DNA of 62,608 bases, filler included, from Sphacelaria rigidula (Eukaryota): the NCBI GenBank assembly GCA_964200075.2. It is 5 parts of 5 records of this genome, joined end to end, with 100 filler letters (N's around TTAATTAATTAA, not from the genome) between each part and the next. Parts side by side here need not be neighbours in the genome. Positions count along the whole stretch, not along the records: positions 25,085 to 37,526 come from CAXNAA020003767.1; 4 more parts are not named here. The stretch is one strand, 5' to 3'. Of this stretch, positions 25,101-36,995 are shown one piece after another (the stretch's first letter is position 1; the number at the start of each line of letters is the position of its first letter). A program made the translations under genes and the position numbers. The notes beneath the pieces were generated by a model. That model ran no database searches, was not told the origin of the DNA, and was given only the letters and a program-made list of their open reading frames with translations.

Positions 25101-26369
25101 GGGGGGGGGAGGGCGCACTCATTTGTTGCTTGCCTTAGTCGTGTGACCATTGACCACGCATCCCTTTCGAGGGGGAGGGGGGGGGTACTCATGATCATGC
25201 ATGCCGTAGTCATAATAGAACCATTGACTTCGCATCCCTACAAAGCCGGGACGGAACACCCCGGGTTCTCGTCGGACCAGGCTTGCGATCACTCACCAAG
25301 CGCGAAGAGTCATGATGTGTTCGGCGAGTCGCATGAAGGGCGAGCTGCATCATGCGAAGATTGTTCGGCCCGAAACGTACTGATTATCTTGCATATAGAT
25401 GACAGCCTTCAATGAGTTGATACATTTTCTGGTACCGTCACTTCCAAAGAGAGCCATGGGTTCCACACTGCCTTGTGTCTCACCATTTAAATATTTCGTA
25501 GTATGATCATCCCCTTTGCGCAGAGTTGAGGTTCTCCTACCCCGCACAAAAGGGTCTACTGTAGCTCGACTACCGTCACGTCTACCGCATTAAAAAACGC
25601 GAGCGTTCTAAAAACATTGTAACGTGGTCGTCTAGCTTACGCAGTGAGTGGTCGTCTGCTGTCAACCGACTCCAACCCCATAGGAGGTCCGTCCCTCTAA
25701 AGCCGGGACGGAGCACGCCGGGTTTTCACCAGACTAGGCTAATCCTATCATAGTGGGTTTACTCCTGATCTTGCATGCCGTAGTCTATATGACCATGAGA
25801 AGTGGGGGGATGCTTGAATCCACAATCAAAAGGGCTCATAGGTGAGTTAGACGACCTAACATTATCGCGGTGCGTTGGTATTTGGGTGAAAACGGTGTCA
25901 AGCAGTATGAATGAGTGTTATTTATCGAGAACAAGCGCGTTCGAACGCCCGTTGCTACTTTCAACGACGATTTGAAGTGGAATGTCGTAAAAAAATAGTC
26001 AAAAATACCCCTCCCCCCCTTTACGATTATGCACTTGCAGCTGTGTACGGAATTTCAACAGCAGAGGTTGTCGAAAGTTCCCGTCCTACCCAACTAATTT
26101 TATTGGGAGGCAAGACGAGTTTTCGACAACCTCGGCAGTGTGAGTGTCATACGCTGGCAACAGCATAGTTTGTCGGGTTTGTACAGCAGAGGCTGCTCGC
26201 AAGTCCTCTTTTTGCCCAAGTTCAGGTAAAATTGGGGCCGAAACGAGGGCTTCCGAGAATCCTTTGCTGTACATCTCCCACAATTTTAAATGCTCCGTCT
26301 CGAAAGGGATGCGTGGTCAATGGTCAAACGACTAAGGCAAGCAACAAATGAGTACGCCCCCCCCCCCCC
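25101..26369. repeat. ~70-bp inverted repeat pair (25101-25171 and 26299-26369); a partial third copy starts piece 5 (50168-50204)
   Basis: CTCGAAAGGGATGCGTGGTCAATGGTCA.ACGACTAAGGCAAGCAACAAATGAGT.CGCCC(C)n present in both orientations. Confidence 0.85.
25172..25690 (+). mobile_element. ~520-bp non-coding interspersed repeat of unknown class; copies 40890-41385 (-), 44360-44868 (-); partial copies 44020-44345 (-), 24915-24984, 25695-25800
   Basis: Alignable blocks: ACTCATGATCATGCATGCCGTAGTCAT..CATTGACYTCGCATCCC.ACAAAGCCGGGACGGA..GGCGAGTCGCATGAAGGG.GAGCTGCATC..GATGACAGCC.ACAATGAGTTG..GTAGTATGATCATCCCCTTTGCGC.GAGTT. Confidence 0.85.
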
Positions 26370-26918
26370 TATCGTAGGATGGCTCATGGACAGTACGTGC
26401 AGGTTGACAAGTAGCTCTGACCGTGTCAGAGATTTTGCTTAGTGGTGATGACACTTGTGTCTTTCACTTCATCACACATTTGCCGGTTCTCGTGCCGTAT
26501 CAAAGTGTGACGAAACAACAAAAAGCACGTGCCCGAGGTCTCTGCAATACGTCCCCGTCATATTTGGAAGCATTCGTGGATAAAGAGACAAAAAGAGAAA
26601 GATGAAAAACGCGATGCTTGCCATCAGGGTTTCGAACGTCAGAAAAAAACTATCACGCATATGCAAGGCTGGCCCCCAGAGCGCCACTCCATGCATTCAC
26701 AGTTGTTGTCTACGGTTAAACATCCGCCCTGCTTGATGGAAGAGTACGGTTGAACCTGTAAATAACACACGCCAATTCAGTGGTACCTGGAGCTGACAAA
26801 TTGGGTATAAGCCAGGACCAACCATCCACAGATGATGGAAATATATCAGCCTAACAATATTTTTTTCTATCGAGGCATTACCACCTTGAGGAAAAGCCAC
26901 CGCTTCAGGTAACATTAC

Positions 26919-29900
26919 CTCGTCTCTCTCGCCCTTTAGGCTCCGGAGGGATTGCTGCTCTCGCGCAACACCTAACTTTTTCCCAAGTCCCTTAGCCATG
27001 CGCTCGACAGCACGCCAGGCGTCCGAAGCCGACTGAGCCGTTTCTCCGCGGGAAGGGCTACGAGACCTAGCGACAAGAATTCGTGGCATGATTCGGAGCA
27101 TTCGCGTCTGCTGGTTACTTTGCGTCGCTTCAGAGACAGGTTCATCACCACTTTCTACGACTGTTTTCATAGCGTTTTCCGAGCCAACTTCTTGTTCTCT
27201 CATTTCATCAATTATTGCCTTCGTTCAAAGTTCGCATCAAGGGATTTACGTCGAGCTCTGTGAAAACGCCGTCGGAGACGACTGCTGGCCAGGACCAGCA
27301 TGGTTGGCATGATACGATGGCCTGCTGCTGCGCACACCAAACGTCCACCTCGCCAAACTTTTTTCTAAAATCTGACCGTGCTCACTTGTCCGTTGCTGCA
27401 GAAAGACGCTGTCTCACCCCTTCCTGTCCCCCACCCACACGTCTTCTTCCACGGGATCATTTTCGAAATGACGAAGACCAATGCATTATCGTTATTGTCA
27501 GCTTGCTACAAGAATCATTGACAACATACACCCTGAAAATGCTACGGGTATGTGCTAGTTGCAGGTCAGCCGACAAGCTTGACCCCTTGGGACTTCAAAA
27601 ACCGATGGTTCCATATGTATTTTTTGCGAATTGACCAATTGCTTGCGAAGCAATCGCGGATTTTTTTGCTGCAGAAGCCTCCGTACATGAACAGCTCACC
27701 CAAACGTGCGCATTGATAGAACTGGCGAGCAAAGGTCACCGCTTGCAGTCGAAGTGTCGCACGATCGTGGAACCTCTTGAGCTTCTAGTCTCACACCTTC
27801 TACTCTCCTCCTTTCGATGTGAAGCCGCTGCTCTAATGCATTTTTCCGGCACATCTTCTTCCGTTTCTCCGTCCGCATACTTCACCGTACAGGTTCCATC
27901 GCCGTGCGTAGCGAGCACCCGACCTTCCATCTGATGAGTTTCGACCAAGCATTTTTCGGGCGTATTCCGCGGTCAGTAAATGTATAAAACACCGTAGTTG
28001 CGGTGAACTTCTGTTTATTGTCGTCAATTGAGCAAGGGTATTTCCACGAAGTAGAAGTCTGCAAATGGGCGAATATGGTTGTGACTCCAGAAACTGATTC
28101 GGGTAGCACATGGAGGTAGGACGTGTAACGAATTTAGGAACGCCATCACAGACAAACCACCCGGGAAGCGATACCCACGGAACACTAAATGACGTGTAAA
28201 GAAAAAAAGAAGTAAAACACGATCTTGCTGAATGCGAAAAAAATCGATCATGATTTCATGTTTTGTCATTTGCTCCTCACCCAGGTCACAGTCCGCTTCG
28301 GTCGCGAGTACGGACTCGCTCTACGCCAGCACGCCTCCACACGACTTCCCGGTGCGGATAATCCATCTTTATTCTCACCATCAATATCTTCTTGAGATTC
28401 AGAGCCGTCACTTCGATTAACTCCTCCCTCTCCTCTGTAGCGACCGCCCGACCTTGAGTTATCCCGCCGCCCCTGCCGGCCACGAGAACCCAAGGACGAA
28501 CGGCGCCTTGATTCGCCACCGTTGATTCGAACCCCCCCTGTACCTCGCGAAGAACTGTTGTCACTAACCCCGTCGCTGTCGCGGGAAGAAGCTTCACTTC
28601 CATGGGTGCGTCTCGTCGCTTCACGGTAGCCTTTTGAGACGCTTCGACTGCGATTTCTTCTTACGCCCGAGCCGCTTTTCTTGCGGCGGCCATCCGCATA
28701 CAACGGACTGCGTGTCGTCGTATCTCGGTGCCTGGTATGATCTGCGCCGCTATCTGATGACGACGAGCGTCGACCACGCGTGCCCTGGTGAGGTGAAAAA
28801 GACGCGGTTAAAGGCGATAAATGAGGATTGTTTCACACGTAATGCATATTATTCTCGTGAGTTTGGCGACCACCATCGCAAAAAGTGCATGGAAAGCGCT
28901 CCGCAGGCGCAATCCGAGAGGCCGCCAGGCAAGCGATAAAAATAGCGCGTGTGGAAACACTTCGCAAGTTTATACCCCGGTCAAGTTTTGTGCGAGCAAT
29001 TTGATTGGCGCACATCGGAGAACTGTATGGGCTATGATGTTAGTGATGGAACAAGAAATCATTTTCACGAAGCGCGAAGAGAGGCATAAGATATACACGC
29101 CATCGGACTCGCACGGCCCATGCTACCAATATGACATTTGCACAAGGTACGCTCGCTGTCTCCATGAGATTTCGCGTTACGTTTGGGTTCACGAGATGGT
29201 GGACGGGGAGAGCAGATCTTCCGACCAGTCGCCAGCGGCCCATGTTTCCACTTTCGCAAGACTTAGGTAGCAATACGTGAACCTACCGTGCTGCGTCTGT
29301 TGCGTACGTCGTCACCGCGCGCTCGCACAAGTTCCGGTGTCACGCGCATCTCTTTATCGCCGTCATCGTAGACGATGTCAAAGGTGCCGTCGCGATGAAC
29401 GCGTGCAACTCTTCCTGGGTAGTATTTGCTTCTCCCCCGATGCCGTGCGTCAATTGCGTCCCCCTCTAGCAGAGACTCGACACCGGATGAGCGACGAGAA
29501 CTAGTAGCAGCACCACGTTCGATGGCAACTTTCTTGATCAGTGAAGGATCTACCATGCGCTCCTGCTCACCGTCATCGTAGTCAACATCGCACGAACCGT
29601 CACGGTGAACACGCACTACGGTACCCGGGTAGTACCGGCTCCGTCCTTTGTACCGTGCCTCAATCTTCATACCCTCTTCGAACACGTCGTCGTCCTGTCG
29701 AGCACTCCGCCTTCCTCGTTCACTGCTACCTCTGCTGTGACCTCGGGTCTTGGATTGTGACCGGAACGTTCGAATGAGAGACGGTTCGACCATGCGTTCT
29801 CGCTCGCCGTCATCGTAGTCGATGTCACAGGAGCCGTCGAGACGCACGCGCGATATCTTGCCCGGGTAGTACCGGGAGCGACCTTTGTAACGAGCTTTGA

Positions 29901-32900
29901 TTCTCATCCCTACCTGCAGCTTCTCGTCTGCGGAACCGGCGGCCTCATCGGATGACGAAATATCAGGAGGTATGGTTTTAATGAGCGAAGGGTCAACCAT
30001 GTATTCCTTTTCTCCGTCTTCGTAGCTTATGTCGCAGGACCCGTCTCGATGCACACGATATATTTTCCCAGAGTAGTAACGACTACGCCCTTTGTACCGA
30101 GCTTCGACTTTCTGACCTTCCCGCAGAACGCGAGACCGGGGTGACGTTCTCTGATCACCGTTACGGCGTGAATCAAGCACCCTAACAAGCGAAGAATCCA
30201 CTCTCAGCTCCTTTTCACCATCGTCGTAGTTGATGTCACGGGAACCGTCACGGTGTACTCTTGAGACCTTGCCAGGATAGTACCGGCTCCGTCCTTTGTA
30301 ACGCGCCTCGACTCTCATGCCTTCTTCCATTCCCCCTGATTCTGCGTCCCCTCCATGATCCAGCCGCCGACCTCTGTCGGAACTTTCACGCAAGGGACTA
30401 CTGGATCGCAACCCGACGGCTCGGATAAGAGATGGCTCTACCATTCGCTCGTTCTCTCCGTCATCGTAGTCGATGTCGCATGTACCATCTCTGTGCACGC
30501 GGGAGATATTTCCTGGATAGAAACGACTGCGCCCCTTGTATCGCGCCTCCACCTTCATCTCTTCCCGCAAGTTATCGCTGACTTCCGAAGCTGCCCTCTC
30601 TGTATCTCTGCCCAGCACTTTGATGAGCGACGAGTCCACCGCGTGCTCCTTCTCACCGTTGTCGTAGTCGATGTCGCAAGTGCCGTCGAGATGAACTCGC
30701 GATATCTTTCCGGGAAAGTAGCGACTACGCCCTCTGTAGCGAGCCTCGATATTCATACCCTCTCGTAGCTTATTCCCTGAAGCTACTTCTGTCTTGTCGT
30801 TATACCCGGCGGGGGTTTTGATCAGAGATGGGTCCACCATCCTCTCTTTCTCTCCGTCGTCGTAGTCGATGTCGCAGGAGCCGTCACGATGGACTCGTGA
30901 TATTTTGCCAGGGTAGTAGCGACTACGACCCTTGTACCGAGCCTCAACTATCATGCCCTCACGCAGATCACTGCCTGTGTTCGAGCCCGCCGCTCCTTTG
31001 CCATGGCCGAGTGCTTTGACCAGAGATGGGTCCACCATCCTCTCTTTCTCTCCGTCGTCGTAGTCGATGTCGCAGGAGCCGTCGAGATGGACTCGTGATA
31101 TTTTTCCAGGGTAGTAACGACTGCGACCCTTGTACCGAGCCTCAACCCGTGCGCCCTCGCGTAGATCGTTGCCTGTGTTCGAGCCCGCCGTTCCTTTGCC
31201 AGAGCCGAGTGCTTTGACCAGAGATGGGTCCACCATCCTCTCTTTCTCTCCGTCGTCGTAGTCGATGTCGCAGGAGCCGTCTCGATGGACTCGTGATATT
31301 TTTCCAGGGTAGTAACGACTGCGACCCTTGTACCGAGCCTCAACCCGTGCGCCCTCGCGTAGATCGTTGCCTGTGTTCGAGCCCGCCGTTCCTTTGCTAG
31401 GGCCGAGTGCTTTGATCAGAGATGGGTCCACCATCCTCTCTTTCTCTCCGTCGTCGTAGTCGATGTCGCAGGAGCCGTCACGATGAACTCGTGATATTTT
31501 TCCAGGGTAGTAGCGACTGCGACTCTTGTACCGAGCCTCAACTATCATGCCCTCCATCAGAATGCCGCTCGCATCTGAAGGTGCGGTTCCCTTATCGCCA
31601 CCTAGTACATTTATCAACCTTGGCTCTACCATACGTTCTTTCTCGCCATCGTCGTAGTCGATGTCGCAGGAGCCATCACGGTACACTTTCGATATCTTAC
31701 CCGGGTAATATCGGCTTCGCCCTTTGTAGCGTGCTTCCACCCGCACACCTTCTCGTAGATCGCCGCCAACCCCATGGTTGTCCCTCGCACCCTCATTTCC
31801 GATAACTTTAACCAGAGAAGGGTCAACCATGCTTTCCTTTTCCCCGTCGTCGTAGTCAACATCGCAAGTTCCGTCCCGATGCACGTGAGCAATCTCTCCT
31901 GGGTAATATCTGCTCCGTCCCTTGTATCGCGCTTCCACTCTCATCCTTTCTCGCAGCAGATTATCCTGTCGTGCAGCGGATCGAACGCCATCTCGGGATC
32001 CCTCCAGGGCTTTTAACATTGACGGGTCCACCATGCGTTCTTTTTCACCGTCGTCGTAGTCGATATCACACGTACCGTTGCGATGTACGCGAGAAATACG
32101 TCCAGGGTAGTAGCGACTGCGGCCCTTGTATCGGGCCTCGATTTTCATACCCTCACGAAATGAGTCGCCGCTGTCGGCCGACTTTCCCGTCTCGTCGCTA
32201 TCCGCAAGAATCTCAATTAGTGAAGGATCCACGGCACGTTCCATCTCACCATCGTCGTAGTCTACATCACAAGTCCCATCCCGATGGATTTGAGTAATCT
32301 TCCCCGGGTAGTAACGACTACGGCCTTTGTATCTAGCCTTGACTTTCGCCCCTTCACGAAGTTGGCCTCCTCGACTTGGGCTGGCACCCGCTCTACTTTC
32401 CCTTCTCGGGCTTTTACTTGAAGATCTTGAAGAAGGGCTAAGGATCTTAACCAGTGAACGGTCTACCATGAACTCCTTTTCTCCGTCGTCATAGGTAATG
32501 TCGCACGATCCATCCAAGCGCACTCGCGTGACTACACCAGGATAGTATCGGCTACGTCCATTATAACGAGCCTCGACTTTGGCTCCCTCAGATAGTCGAT
32601 CCGCATTGGCACCTACCGTGGTGTCTGTGTTGCCTCGTGTTGGGTAAGATTCCCCTTTGGAACCTCGTGAACTCCGCGACTCGATCACTTCTATCAACTT
32701 CGGTTCTACCATACGTTCTTTCTCGCCATCGTCGTAGTCGATGTCGCAGGAGCCGTCTCGATGAACTCGCGCTATTTTTCCGGGATAGAACCGGCTGCGG
32801 CCCTTGTAGCGTGCTTCAATCTTCATGCCCTCTCGGAGAGAATTGCTCTCTTCGCCTGCTTCCCGACTCGAACTTCGGTCAATGCTCGACCTACCGGAAT

Positions 32901-35332
32901 CGGTGATCTTGATCAAAGAAGGCTCGACCATTTGTTCCTTTTCACCGTCGTCGTAATGAAGGTCGCAAGATCCATCCAGATGTACTCTAGCTATCGTCCC
33001 TGCGTAGTATCTACTCCGGCCCTTATAACGCGCTTCCACTCGCATACCTTCCTCGAAGCGCTTGTGCTGACTTCTACGGCGCTCTCCTTCCGTGGCCTGT
33101 AAGACCCGAATCAGGGAGCGATCAACCATCCGCTCTTTCTCTCCATCATCGTAGTCAATATCGAAAGATCCATCTCGGTGCACCCGAGCTATCTTTCCCG
33201 GGTAGTATCGAGCGCGGCCTTTGTATTTCGCTTCCACCCGCGCACCCACTTCGAGCGCAGCAAGTCCCGCACGACTGGGGCTACTAGGCTGGCGTGCCCG
33301 AGAATCCTCGTTGCTTCTGAGCGCACGGCGTGGGCTCGTGGAAGAAGTTCGGTTGGCTGGTGTTATGAGATTCGGTCTGACTGAAAACTCTTTATCGCCG
33401 TCATCATAGCCGATGTCACATGTGCCATCGCGATTAACAGTCAGGATTGTACCAGGGTATTTTTTTTCTCCTCCCCTGTACCGCGCATCCACGTTCATGC
33501 CAATCCCCAGAGCGCTGCTGTCGTTTCGACGATCTCCGCTGTCGCGGCTTCTGCTGCTATTTTTACCCAAGTGCTTTACGTCTTCTCCTAGCGACGCGGT
33601 TATCCTGATCATCCCTTTCCGGTTGTCCAGTCGAACCCTGTGCGCATGAGCATTTGATGCGCGCATTTTTCAACATCATACGTTGGTATACGGCGTACAA
33701 GCAATACAACGTCACTCAAGCACCTCGGGGCAAACGAGACAATCAGATATGCTTGGGGATTGTTGGACCAAAAACAGCTGCAGGTTGAGCCTGGCACGTT
33801 TTGCTCAACGTGCGATCACCTAGCTCATCCAGGCAGTTGAGCACCTGATGGTGGCAACGAAAGTCCTACGCATACCTGATTGAGACTTGTATGTTCCGGC
33901 ACGTGTAGCCGAACGTCAGCCTCTCGCTTTTTCCGTCAAAGTCGTGCCTGACTATGGCGAAGGCTGTAGCTAATTTCTGGTGCTCTTCGCGAACGGAAGA
34001 TTTCGCCGTCCATGCTTATGCAATACTGACCGACGTGATCGAACGCATCTCAACACGTTCCTTACGCCTAACCCCAACCAGTACACCCCGATGTGCTGGG
34101 TCAGAGTGTTCACCCGGGTTGCTTGCGTCGGCACAACAGCTGATGCAGCCGTAACGGCAAGGATCTCGTGCGCTTGAGTTGGTAGCGCGTACATCATATG
34201 TAATTAGCTAGGTAGGATACACTGCTCCATTTTAGGTCGCTGGAGACTAGACCCGTTTGTGGTCCAAACGTGTCGAGGCATACCTGATTGTGCCGACTGT
34301 TGATATCGAACACAACACCTCTACACTCATCCTGGTAAAGTCTTGGTACACAGTGCTTTGAAACAAAATCGCTTTGAGGCCAAGATTATCAACGAGGCGG
34401 AAACGTAGAAGCACCCCTCGCAAGTATCAACACACGGTTATGCTTTCCGGGGAAAGGTTCAGCAACAAGCAGGGCGTCGTTACATCTACAGCCACTGTGC
34501 GACACGCCAACAAGGTAGGAAAACCTGAACCCGACAAACTTCTGATATTGTTCCCCGGGAGTCTTACGGTTTGTTGCCGAAGCCCTCTCTCGGAAGTTTT
34601 CGCAGGTCAATCGCACATTCGCCAACAACAATCTCGTTCGATCGGTCTTGCCGGAAGATGCGAATCTCGATTTCCCCTTCGGTTCCATCTCCATCGACGT
34701 CGCTGCCACATGGAACAACAGGCACATTAGCACGTCGGCAAATATCATAATGCACGTGTTTTTGCGTGACATTGGTATTTTCGAGAGACGATTACCCAGG
34801 GAATTGGCGATTTTACGTAAGTTTGCGCTGCAACACGAGCAACAACGCGGTGTTCAGGGGGTACCTTTACCTGACGGACATTCCCGATATTTATTGGTGA
34901 TCTGAGCAGATTTGTGGGCGAAGACTACGACGCTCCAGTGGCGATTTATACAACCGCATCACGCGCATTGGAATATGGGGAGAACAAGCAGCCTATCGCG
35001 TAGGCGAGAGATACACTTGGAGGCAACAGCCGGTAGTACACACCGACTTTTAAAACCTGAACAAATCTGACATGTTAGGCTACAAAGCTCCCTGTGCCCC
35101 CTGCACATACGACGCATCACCGAAGCTGACGCTCGATGATACACAGCACATGCTCCCGAGGATTGTACTCACAAGTTGAAGGTTGCATCTTTCCACTGCG
35201 GATTAGTCGCCTCTGATACCGGAGTAGATCGCTTCGTTAGCGTGTGCCTCACGCCTGGAACCCGAAGACCGACTTCGACAAACGTGAAGCCACTTCCAGA
35301 TTCAACTGGTACCAAAGATCTTGCCTCGGGAA
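26919..35332 (-). CDS. C2-domain protein with 21 Tudor-like (53BP1/LBR/Agenet-type barrel) repeats, partial model: exons 35332-35173, 34702-34568, short exon ending 33876, 33637-29287, 28784-28281, 27930-27740, probable 27218-26919
   Basis: C2-like spliced sequence PEARSLVPVESGSGFTFVEVGLRVPGVRHTLTKRSTPVSEATNPQWKDATFNF|DVDGDGTEGEIEIRIFRQDRSNEIVVGECAIDL; giant repeat exon; downstream exons join in phase 0 with GT-AG. The C2-to-repeat junction and both gene ends are uncertain. Confidence 0.75.
29287..33637 (-). CDS. Single ~4.35-kb exon encoding 20 tandem Tudor-like repeats (consensus EGxxVEARYKGRSRYYPGKISRVHRDGSCDIDYDDGEKERMVDPSLIK) with S/R/G-rich linkers
   Basis: ORF 29263..33666 (1467 aa) is open throughout; 20 repeats counted; acceptor GCACAG| at 33638 and donor ACG|GTAGGT at 29286. 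Confidence 0.93.
30820..31560. repeat. Near-identical 198-bp tandem DNA units (Tudor repeats 10-13)
   Basis: ATGGGTCCACCATCCTCTCTTTCTCTCCGTCGTCGTAGTCGATGTCGCAGGAGCCGTC recurs at a 198-nt period (~30828, 31026, 31224, 31422). Confidence 0.93.
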
Positions 35333-36739
35333 CTGTGCAGGCACCCAACGATCACACATCACATATTGTATTGTATTACTATGATGAAAAAGCACACCGT
35401 GAGAAATCATCGCTTAGCGTAAGCAGTGCTGTCCAGTAGTGAAGAATTGCCACAATTCGTCGTGCTTACCTCCATTGTTAGTGTATGGGGGCCGATATAC
35501 ATGAGGGGCCATCAACGCAGGAATCGCACGGACGGCAGTACGCCCAGTAACAGTACAGACATACGGCCTGGTTAAGAGGCAACTCGAGGATGTTCATCAC
35601 TCGGAGGTTGCCTGGCTTTTGCATTTGAATGGTGCTGTCTGAGCGTTCCACACTGTTCATATGTCCATGCATCCGCAGTAGAAAGCTCACGTATGTATGT
35701 GCCGACGCGTGACAAAAAATCTACAGTGCTACCAACGACGCTGAGGAATAACGCTTGAAGGCTCGCCCCGCGCGTCCCAGGCGCAGGTCCAAGGTGACTA
35801 TGCTACGATGCCCTTGGTTTAAGTGTATCGCCACACGCCCGATCCTGCTGAATCTGGGCCCAGGTATGTAAAGCTGGGCCACCTGGGATTCGTATAGAAC
35901 GCCCAGAACTCTCGAGTTCCGTGTATTGTAAAAGCACGGCAAATACTTGGGGTTCAGCGCACAACAGAGCTTGCCCAAACGCAGCGTCCCAGTGTTTCAT
36001 GCGCGGGAAACACGTGGCTTGGTCCAAATCCAACACTGCAAGAGGTTTGAAGTCAATAGTGAGCGCACAACATACTTGGATCAGTGTCAAGTGATGAAAA
36101 CACTACGGTTCAGCATATGGGCACACTGAAACGCATGGTAGTATGCAGTTACCCCCCTGCCTTTTCAATTGAAAGTCACGAAGCATTCACTCAACCATCA
36201 GTATTTGTTCAAGTCATTGCGGTCATGTGCGTCCGACTTTCTGCGACAATTTTTCATTTCACGAAAAAATCTTAAACATATTGATGTCATACTTTTTTTT
36301 GTAGCGCGATTTGAACTCTGGATCTGACATGGAAAAGTAGTGGACACTTGGACGCGGAGACACAGCGAATGGGTCTAACCATACCCTACGGTATATGGGG
36401 GGAGCATACGACTTCCAGGATAGGTGATGCATCCGAATGTTAGTGCCAATTGTAAATACCTTGATTAGTGTGAGTGAAAATATATTGTGGTTTTGTATGG
36501 GCAAATTATATTGATCTAGCGTAAATGAGAATACCTTGGTTTCAGTGTAGTAGAAAATTACTCACGAATCTGATTTGGGTGGAACCGTACTGATTTAGTG
36601 CAGATGAAAACATATTAGCTCCAGTTTGGGCAAATACATGTCGATTCAAATGCGAGCAGAAATTTTAATCTCATGAAACATCGTCACCCGCTCTATCTCC
36701 CGCCAGGAGCCCTTCATTCTCCTGCAAGCTCCACATGGC

Positions 36740-36995
36740 ATAGGTCATCTATCTCAGACGTCCATCCGGGATCTCACATCCATCTGGGAAACCCCAACAT
36801 GCCAGATGGACACCTGATACATATTTATCTGGGATCTCACATCCATCTGAAGTGTGGACCTCCATCTGGGGTACGGATATTCATCTGGGTTACTCATCTG
36901 GGATATTCATGTCCATCTGGGATATCCATGTCAATGTGGACCTCGGATGTCTCAAATGAGCAACCAGTGGGACGTGAGAGTCCATCTGATGCATC
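36740..36995. repeat. Degenerate tandem repeat of (CA)TCCATCTGGGAT-like units
   Basis: About ten variants of ATCTCACATCCATCTGG / TTCATCTGGG. Confidence 0.75.

Noticed and set aside
30355-33409. Repeated plus-strand ORFs (MGPPSSLSLRRRSRCRRSR...) as a repeat-peptide family
   Set aside because: Antisense shadows of the Tudor-repeat exon.
19826-35332. TTL gene next to the Tudor-array gene as a tubulin-modification writer/reader cluster
   Set aside because: They lie on different pieces separated by an artificial linker, so adjacency is unsupported.
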